Source of the DNA: Nemertoderma westbladi
Taxonomy: Eukaryota > Animalia > Xenacoelomorpha
Assembly: GCA_032718475.1 (NCBI GenBank)
Contig: JAUCBJ010003668.1
Coordinates: forward strand, 1 to 43,808
DNA length: 43,808 nucleotides
Direction of reading: 5' to 3'
Shown here: piece after piece, positions 21,490 to 29,383 of the stretch
Layout of the letters: every line of letters starts with the position of its first letter
Position numbering within the stretch: position 1 is the stretch's first letter
Position numbers and translations under genes: made by a program
Notes under the pieces: generated by a model
Database searches by the model: none
What the model saw: only the letters and a program-made list of their open reading frames with translations
What the model was told of the DNA's origin: nothing

Positions 21490-21833
21490 AGATCTACAGT
21501 CTTCCTGCTGTCCTGGTTTTGTGCAATCGCCATCTTGACGTCAGACTTTATTTGTAATAATTCGGTAGTGCATTGGTCATAATGGGTATACTCGTCAGTG
21601 AGATCCAACTGAGTTTCATCCATCGCCATTAATGATTCACCAAGATGGTCATATGCAACTTCCAGTTTTAAGAGCTGTTTTTCCAGGTCGTTAACCAACA
21701 GAGGGTGGCGATTTACCGGATCGATACGGTTTAAATCGCGAATACTTGATATACACAAATTTACGGCCCGAGTGAAACTTCCCTTGAAACCACCGAGTTT
21801 CCGCTTTAGGTGTTTCATCCCCTCGAGGTCCAT
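21486..21833 (-). CDS. Upstream helical ORF of the retrotransposon, overlapping the gag ATG (ATGA)
   Basis: ATG at 21833; KRKLGGFKGSFTRAVNLC...LEKQLLKLEVAYDHL, coiled-coil-like. The TGA overlaps the gag ATG at 21486-21489. Confidence 0.55.
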   Translation of the reverse strand: MDLEGMKHLKRKLGGFKGSFTRAVNLCISSIRDLNRIDPVNRHPLLVNDLEKQLLKLEVAYDHLGESLMAMDETQLDLTDEYTHYDQCTTELLQIKSDVKMAIAQNQDSRKTVDL

Positions 21834-21884
21834 AATTGAATTCCTCACAGTTGTTCCTTCCCTATTGCAGTATTGGATTTACTG

Positions 21885-22885
21885 ACAAGTCCCTAAAAGG
21901 TGCCACCCTGCTCCATAGCGCGGGAAATTCAAATGATTGAAAGACATGTAATTTGTACTGGAAAGGGTGGCAGATCAGATCTGCTACCTATATTTTGGCG
22001 GGAAATTCAAATCTGTTTTAACATTGAATACATGAATAGAGTAAGACTAAATGTAATTCATTGAATCAGAATAAATTATTTATTATCGGTTTAACTCACT
22101 CATCCGTTATTGTTGTTGTTTTATCTATTCTGGGACTTCGAGCAGCACGTGAACAATAAGCTGACTGGTTAACTAGTCTGGGACTTCGAGCAAAATTGCA
22201 AATTGAGGAGGGGGGATCAGGGGATTTGGCTTAACTTCTATCAGTAGAATGTAAAGAACATTTATTATTTGCTTGTATCAGTTATAATTACATCAGAACA
22301 TTATAATTATAACAATATAGCAGGGAACTGATAGTAAAATATATCGCAGGTAGGCCTACTGTAATAACAATAGGTGTATAATGCTTCTGCCTATACTGCT
22401 ATATCTGTCCCAGACATGTACCAGACTAGTTAACCAGTCATAGCTTAGTTGTTTACGTGCTGCTCGAAGCCCCAGACAAGTTAACGTGCTGGTTTAGTTG
22501 TTCACGTGCTGCTCAAAGTCCCAGACTAGGTAACCAGCCAGTTTAGTTGTTTCACGTGGTGCTCGAAGCCCCAGACTACCGGTAGTTAGCGTGCTGGTTT
22601 AGTTCTTCACGTGCTGCTCGAAGTCCCAGAATAGATAAATCAACAACGTTTTAACGGATGAGTGAGTTAAACCGATAATAAATAATTTATTCTGATTCAA
22701 TGAATTACATTGGCAGATTGGTCTTACACTCTATTCATGTATTCAATGTTAAAACAGATTTGAATTTACCGCCAATATATAGGTGGCAGATCTGATCTGC
22801 CACCCTTTCCAGTACAAATAACATGTCTTTCAATCATTTGAATTTCCCGCGCTATGGAGCAGGGTGGCACCTTTTAGGGACTTGT
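21885..22885. mobile_element. Foldback/Mutator-like MITE (1001 bp) in the Gypsy leader
   Basis: ~300-bp TIRs ACAAGTCCCTAAAAGG... / ...CCTTTTAGGGACTTGT. 9-bp TSD GATTTACTG (21876-21884, 22886-22894). Internal CACGTGCTGCTCGAAGTCCCAGA repeats. Confidence 0.88.
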
Positions 22886-23730
22886 GATTTACTGTTTGGT
22901 CGGTTATCGTTTCTGGTGGGTTTGTAGGTATCGGTACCGGTATGTTATCCCGGAACGACCGAACTGCTATCCTACTCGCAGCGCCATGAAATGATTGTCT
23001 GGTTTAAGATCTTGCATATCGGTATTATATTTGAACTCAGTTCATAAGATATATAAGAGTACATATACTACTGTACTGCCGAAGCACTACTGCACTCAAA
23101 TACCCCAACACCAGTCTCTCGCTATCCCTAAGCCTAATACAGTCCTAGGCCTAACCTCAAGGGGCGAGCCATATGAATTGGTGAGTCTCCTCCTTATCAC
23201 CTAATTCCATCACAAATGAATAAATAAAGTAAAATAGAATACAAATAATTAATTAAAATTAAATATAAATAAATAGGTATTAATGAATAAAAGAACTGCG
23301 GTGTCACTTATGACACCCTCTTGAGCCGGCTCTGCGACAGTTAGACAACACTGATGACCCATTGTGTGTCAGGGCGCTAATCAGTCTGATTAATTAGGAT
23401 AATCAATTAAACCCTAATTAGGAGTCATATGACACCTGTTAGGGTTTAATTGTACTAATTAATTGATGACACCTGTCAATTAGGGTCTAATTAGCCTAAT
23501 TGGGAGGTGTCACCCAGACAGTCTGGCGCCAATGACACCCAATGACACCCATAGGGTGATAATTGGGTGTCATATGACACCCAATGGGTGTCAGTTGGGT
23601 CTAACTGTCGCAGAGCCGCCCAAGACCCTACTACTTGCCGCCATATCAACCTCTCTTATATGTCGCAAACGTATTGTTTGAAAGAACCTGTAAATTCGAA
23701 TGCGCTCTTTTATATATAGGCCTATATATT

Positions 23731-23912
23731 AGACATTTCGCCCTCTAGCGGGAGACTTGAGAACTGCAGACAGACTAGCCTCTCTTGAAATATACAACTG
23801 ATGGTCTAGTACCGGTACATACTGTATCTACCAAGTTTTACCTTGAATGGAATAAAAACAAAGAAATGGCAGGACATTTAATGTTTACAAATGTAGCCCC
23901 CTAGCGGCTGGC
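23731..23912 (-). promoter_or_regulatory. Two CTCF-like motifs in the right flank
   Basis: Minus strand TGCAGTTCTCAAGTCT-CCCGCTAGAGGGCG (23739-23768) and CAGTGCCCATGCCAG-CCGCTAGGGGGCT (~23895-23922). Confidence 0.45.
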
Positions 23913-24059
23913 ATGGGCACTGTTCTTGTTCTTGTAGACCTAAGGGTGTTAGGTATACTGATTACTGTCGTAATTGCAATTCTTAACACAATGTAATTTA
24001 ATTTATTTAAGAATATTATAGGTATCATGTAAACCTCACTCATCTTTCAAAATGCGCTA

Positions 24060-24850
24060 TTTTATGTAGTCTACTACTACTAGGATCGGTATGCTGCATT
24101 GCAGCTGCATTTTTAAGAATGCTGTACCGGCTTATCGACAAAATTGCACCGCCACAACTCATCACCCATGAAATTTGCTAGATCATCCGCATCTTCAAGG
24201 CCAGTGTCCTTTAAGATGCGTCTCAAGAAAGTCATGGGCTGTCCACCATGCTTATTCACTCCATGAGGCTGCCAAAGTACAAGATTATGCACTGGCTGGT
24301 CCTCACGGCGAAAGCAATGTCCTGCAAAGCGGAGGCGATTTTGTTCTAGTGTCAAGCTTGGGGGAACCAATGAGACACCTCCAATGTTATATAGTGTGTG
24401 GTTGGAGATTTGTGCATTGTACTTGACACAATGAACCCGGCGTAGCATTCTTGTGAATGTGCCATCCAGAGATTTGGTGTCCTCAGCAGTTAGAGCCCAG
24501 CATGGACTCCCATAGAGGAGTACTGGAACTACTGCTGCTCTAAATAATCGGACCTTAAGTTTCCGATTAATTCTCGTTGACTTCCAAATCCTGGAAAGCC
24601 TATTCAAGGCTGCCCATGCCTTTGCCTTACGTATTCGAAGGTCCTCACCTGACTTCCGGATCCATGATCCCAGGTAACAGAAGTCATCCACATGCTCAAG
24701 CATACCATCTTTTGAGCTTATGCTCATCCGATCAGAGACTTGCTGAGGACTTTCAAAGTTAACTGTCAAAATGTTGGTCTTTCTGGAGTTAATAAAAAGA
24801 CCAACACTAGAAGCAGCATGTTCTAATGAGCTGAGGAGCCTTTGGGCTCC
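24060..24850 (-). mobile_element. RTE-clade LINE, 5'-truncated 3' fragment
   Basis: FCYLGS...RIRKAKAWAALNRLSRIWKS...KLKVRLFRAAVVPVLLYGSPCW...RLRFAGHCFR. Closely related copy at 37620-39180. Confidence 0.9.
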
Positions 24851-25104
24851 CTCTAGATTATGTAGTCAAAACGGATAAGTGATAAGAAAACACTTTATTA
24901 ACAATTCTGACAAGTTACCATGGCATTTAGAAACTGAAACATATTTCATATTTTTCTTTATATTCTATATAGTGGTGGTGGAGGTTGATTTAATGACGCT
25001 ACGGCTAATATATAGCCCATTTCTAGCCAAAGTTACCCGTTGCCATGGCAACTGCATGCAAGCAAGTAGTGCATATTGTTACTTAGACTTGATATATTGG
25101 TATG

Positions 25105-25386
25105 AAAACAATAAAATAGGAAATGGGGTCTTATTCCCTCAGATACTAGATTTTTTCTTAATTTATGGGATAGCCTATTCGTGCAATACTTACTGGTACT
25201 GTACCTGTAGTTACTGTATGGTTTGATGCCGTTTTCCTTGTGGTAGTTGGGTTGGGAGCACTACAATCGATTTGGTATTTCATTTTTTAATAGGCCTTAG
25301 TGCCTGAGTACTAACAGTGGCCCAAGTGGCCCTAAATGCTAGGTAGTATCTGAGGGAATAGACCCCATGTCCTATTTTATTGTTTT
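25105..25386. repeat. ~44-bp inverted repeat (small MITE-like unit) in an RFX X-box-rich stretch
   Basis: aaaacaataaaatagga.atggggtc..attccctcagatacta at 25105 and its reverse complement ending at 25386. No TSD established. Confidence 0.55.
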
Positions 25387-25981
25387 AATATTAATAGAGT
25401 ATTAGAGAGCAGGGCGATATCATTTCCATTTTCATTTCCATCTTTTCCACCATTTCCGTGGTTGTCTAACATCATATTGATATATTGGTGGTAGACTCTG
25501 ATCCGATGACGCTAGTACTACTGCAAATGCATTACGCCCGTTTAAAGCCCGTTGCTAAGGACATTGTCAATAATGCTAACTTTGAAGGTTTTTCACTTGG
25601 TTGCTATGGTATTTTCAAAAAACTAAATATGCCATTACAGTACAATCTTCATATCCAAAATAGTAATCTTTCAAAAAAATTTACTCGTCATATATATTAT
25701 AAGAGCTGTTGCTATGGCAATTTTCTCCGTTGCTATGTTTAAGACCCCCTAAAAAAACGAGCGCAACCATTTTGTGAAGTCTACCCAAATTGATATCCAA
25801 TATCTGTCCTAAACATCTATGTAGGGTAGCTCAGTCTTATATAAAATTCCTATGGGGTCATAGGCTGGAGCCTGTAATAAACTGTGAAATACAAAAGTAT
25901 TTGTTAATTTGTTCAATCAAAATAAATTATAATTCAATTTACTGGGTTGGTTATACCGGGTTACTTTACTTCAGATGTTGA

Positions 25982-27232
25982 CTACAGTTCTGCCCAATAA
26001 CGTCTAAATGATCCATTTTGTAACATTTCCGAAGTTTTCTTCATCAGCTGATCAAAATAGCCGTTTTTTATTTCCATATCTTTGCGTCTCAATTTTAAAT
26101 GATCTATCTGCACCTCTTCTATGTACTCTTTTACTATTTCGATCACAATATCTAAATATTTCTCGTTTATTTTAACAAACCGAATTGAACGATCTGTTTT
26201 TTCATTTATTAGCTTATATTGCCTCAACTTTTGATTCAAACGTTGCACCACGAAGAGATGACATATTTTTTTGTCATTTTCAACTTGGATTCGTTTGAAA
26301 TTTTGTTCTCCCTTTGTAAGAATATCATCTAACAGTTTTTTCTTTTTGTCGTCTATATTTTGTTGTCCATTAATTTGGTCAAAGAGACATTTGCTAAACT
26401 TCATTATTGTGTCATATTGTGCCGTTGTGTTTCTGATCAATCTTGTTTTTTTGTAATGTTTTTGCATGTAGATCTCATAATCATCCTGGAGTTTCATTTC
26501 TTCTTGTAAAAATAACATTTGTTTTTTAAAATAGTCAACAACATTGCCAACGTCGGGTTTCTTCAATTCTGCCACTGTAATTTCCTTAATGTATTCTGCT
26601 ATCTCGTCATTCGTTTTTGTTTGTTTGTCAAGTTGTCTCGATGTTTCTTCGATGATATCAAGTTTAATTTGCATCATGTTATCATCATTATCTTTGTTAA
26701 GTTTGGCAATCTTTTGAATAGGTTCATAATCAAAATTAATCAAGGGCAGATTATCACCAACCTCTTCTTCGCGTGGGATATGCTGATACTCCCAGTACTT
26801 AATTAGTAATCTCATCTTTTGGATAAAATCGTTTAAATTACTTTGATTTTCAAATGTCACTTGTATGGTACTGTCAAACTCATCTGCCACCCCAATAGTA
26901 ACAGCAAAGTCCATGCGCTTTGTGCCTGAAAAATCTGTGATAAAATGTCTGTCCTTAATGATTGGTACATTTTTGACATTGGTGAGTATGTAACTGGAAT
27001 TGGAAGAACCACGTACATCTGCTGTTATCGTCCCATCGTTTATGTGCCAGATACGAATTACATTATTATTTGTTATACAACTTAGTAATTCTATTTTCTC
27101 ATCCACATCATGAGCATTCCGGGAATACCTAACAACAGTTTTACCACTACGAGAAACGCAGTAAGGGGAGATTAGATCTTCCATCATAACTTTTTGTTTT
27201 GTTTCTACGGCTTGTAGGGGTACCACCGACAT
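25982..27232 (-). CDS. Intronless ~416-aa protein: beta-rich (possibly PH-like) N-terminus and coiled-coil C-terminus
   Basis: Long open frame in AT-rich DNA; first ATG at 27232 (the track starts at a TTG, 27241). The C-terminal half is K/E/Q/L-rich and helical. Family not recognised. Confidence 0.6.
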   Translation of the reverse strand: MSVVPLQAVETKQKVMMEDLISPYCVSRSGKTVVRYSRNAHDVDEKIELLSCITNNNVIRIWHINDGTITADVRGSSNSSYILTNVKNVPIIKDRHFITDFSGTKRMDFAVTIGVADEFDSTIQVTFENQSNLNDFIQKMRLLIKYWEYQHIPREEEVGDNLPLINFDYEPIQKIAKLNKDNDDNMMQIKLDIIEETSRQLDKQTKTNDEIAEYIKEITVAELKKPDVGNVVDYFKKQMLFLQEEMKLQDDYEIYMQKHYKKTRLIRNTTAQYDTIMKFSKCLFDQINGQQNIDDKKKKLLDDILTKGEQNFKRIQVENDKKICHLFVVQRLNQKLRQYKLINEKTDRSIRFVKINEKYLDIVIEIVKEYIEEVQIDHLKLRRKDMEIKNGYFDQLMKKTSEMLQNGSFRRYWAEL

Positions 27233-28899
27233 AAATTTCAAGTTTCAATAAGTTTCATTAATAAGTTTCAATTACAAGTAAGTGTCATAATTGTAAGTGT
27301 CATATTTCAGGTACACCCTCAGATTGCTTCAAAATAATTAAATATCCTTGCACACATGCTAAAATATGAAACTTTCGTACGCCCATATCTCAGTGATTTC
27401 TCAAAAAAAATATAAAAGTTATCTTCTGCCTTTAGGCCAGGGATTGTGCACAAAGTCTAACGACTTATTTCTAGACTCTATTCTGATTTTTCCATTGCTC
27501 TGAGTACCTTCCGTTCACACTCTGAACTGTAAGTCTTGGAGGCTCGTCATAAAACGTCATGACGAAGTTCAGGAAATCTTTGGTAACCTGCTAGTCTTCT
27601 TCGAGTGTTTGGCAGGATATAACCCTTCCCCTTGGGGCTCTCTTTCAGTTTACCGTGCCACCTATATATTCAATATAATTCTATTTAGTACGGGCTCTGG
27701 CGGCGTTAAGCGCAATACCTTCGGTAAATTAACGAGACTATTATTTTTGGATGGAGGACCATGTTAGACGTCAGAACACAGTTGGTGATCGGTATAGCTA
27801 ATTTGCATTCTAGAACTACAGGCCAAAAACAAGCTAGCTAGCCGACCCCTACCTAACTCTATGTTGGGCCCTCTGGTTGAATATAAATGCAATCATTTTT
27901 TTCAATTGAACATTTTTCTTATAGAGGGAAGACCGGCGATTAATTTAAATACAAATATATCGCAACTTTTATTTTTTAAATGCGATAAATTTACATGAGA
28001 ACAAAATACATTCACTTTTTTTAAGAATCCAACATTTACATTAACTGCCATAAAATGTAGCTACTTTGGTTTAACACGTTCAAACATGTATCAAAATTTG
28101 CGCTAATTATTTCTGCATTCACCCATGCAACTCATTTTGGATGAGTACTAAATCCTCCTAGTCAATTAGCCCGATTATTATCGGGGAAACGATAATCAGA
28201 GAATATTCAGAGAAAGTATACTCTCTGACATTTGGAAATATTTACTACAGTTACTAGGCAACTATATGTACTGTAGGCCTATGTTGTGTACCAGTGTAGG
28301 CGATTCCTTACATTATATTAATTGTTTTTTAATGTATTATACAAAATTCATGCGCTTATACATAAACTGAGTCACAGATCGTTGCAAATTCTTATGACAG
28401 ATCCTCCTGAACTGTACTCATTGTTCAAAGATCTAGTGTTACCCGAACAATTAATCGGTGGCACTCCGGTTGTGGGCTCCCTAGATAAATAATACAAAGA
28501 TGGAACTGATATTCTGAGAGTCAGAATTTATACTTTCGCTTTCAAACTTTTCTACTACAGTAGCTTATTATGTTGTGACAAAAACCGAAGCAAAGTTATA
28601 ATATTCTTAACAATTAGGAAAATAATATTTACTAAAATAAATTGTCATTTCTTCAATATAATTATAATTATTTATTTAACAGCAACAAATTTTGTTTACC
28701 AGAGGGAATATAATTTGCCATAAACGAAACGTACAGAACAGAAATGCCATGCAATCAATGAATATATTACAATATAAATAAGTAGGTATATCAGTAAATC
28801 GGGTGTATTAAAGGAAAGGTAATATCTTATATAGTTTTCTGTAAGGTAATAAATATATCAACATTGGAAGGCGTGTAGGATGGTAAAATACTATTAAAT

Positions 28900-29100
28900 G
28901 TCCGTGTACAAATTCTTATAGAACTCTGTTAAGTCGAATTGGGGGTTCCACCATTAAGGTAACGTATTCTTAACCCTATGAAAAATTTTATTACATAAAT
29001 GCTTAAGAACATAGATATGGATGGATATTCCTTTCCACTGTATATTCAAATTATGTAAGAATGCAAATACTCCTGGTTATAAGTTACTTAATTCTTCATT
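28900..29100 (+). mobile_element. Possible decayed LINE C-terminal fragment inside the Academ element
   Basis: Interrupted reading ELC*VELGVPPL...DIPFHCIFKLCKNANTPGYKLL. Weak recognition only. Confidence 0.25.
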
Positions 29101-29383
29101 AGAATTCTTCATTAGTCTGTCAGTGCGACAACTCAGCTGTACAGGACGAACATCATGTTCTACTTCACTGTCCTACAGTATGTCTCCACATATACGTAGT
29201 AAGTTTAGCATCCGGTAGTGCAATCAGATTTGCAGAGCCTTTTTGCCTTGTCGCCAGAACTTTGCTGCTTATTTAACTATTTAATTTTAGTAATTATCAA
29301 TAAATATAATATATTTCTACTAATACAGTATAATGTAAATGCATTGGCAATAATGCCAAATGAATCATGAAAGTTGTCCTAAA

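Larger units (their letters stand above)
18097..23212 (-). mobile_element. Ty3/Gypsy LTR retrotransposon (Mag-like), internally deleted, inserted in the right TIR
   Basis: 226-bp LTRs at 18097-18322 and 22987-23212 (TG...CA, apparently identical). 5-bp TSD CAAAT (18092-18096, 23213-23217); the empty site is visible in the left TIR (~9150). PBS TGGCGCTGCGAGTAGG (tRNA-Ser-like) next to 22986; PPT TGGGGGGA next to 18323. Confidence 0.95.
8732..23635. mobile_element. Non-autonomous Polinton/Maverick-type element with multi-kb TIRs and nested insertions
   Basis: Starts AGTAGTAGGGTCTTGGGCGG (8732) and ends CCGCCCAAGACCCTACTACT (23635). 6-bp TSD TGCCGC at 8726-8731 and 23636-23641. Left arm (8732-9767 + 11335-12783) is the reverse complement of the right arm (16333-18096 + 23218-23635). 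AG...CT termini with (AGT)n and a 6-bp TSD are Polinton hallmarks. No polB, integrase or capsid ORF inside. Confidence 0.85.

Noticed and set aside
19442-21582. Several plus-strand and alternate-frame ORFs over gag-pol
   Set aside because: Antisense or shadow frames with no recognisable motifs.
8732-23635. Assembly fold-back artefact
   Set aside because: An exact 6-bp TSD, small arm differences and arm-specific insertions with their own TSDs argue for a real element.
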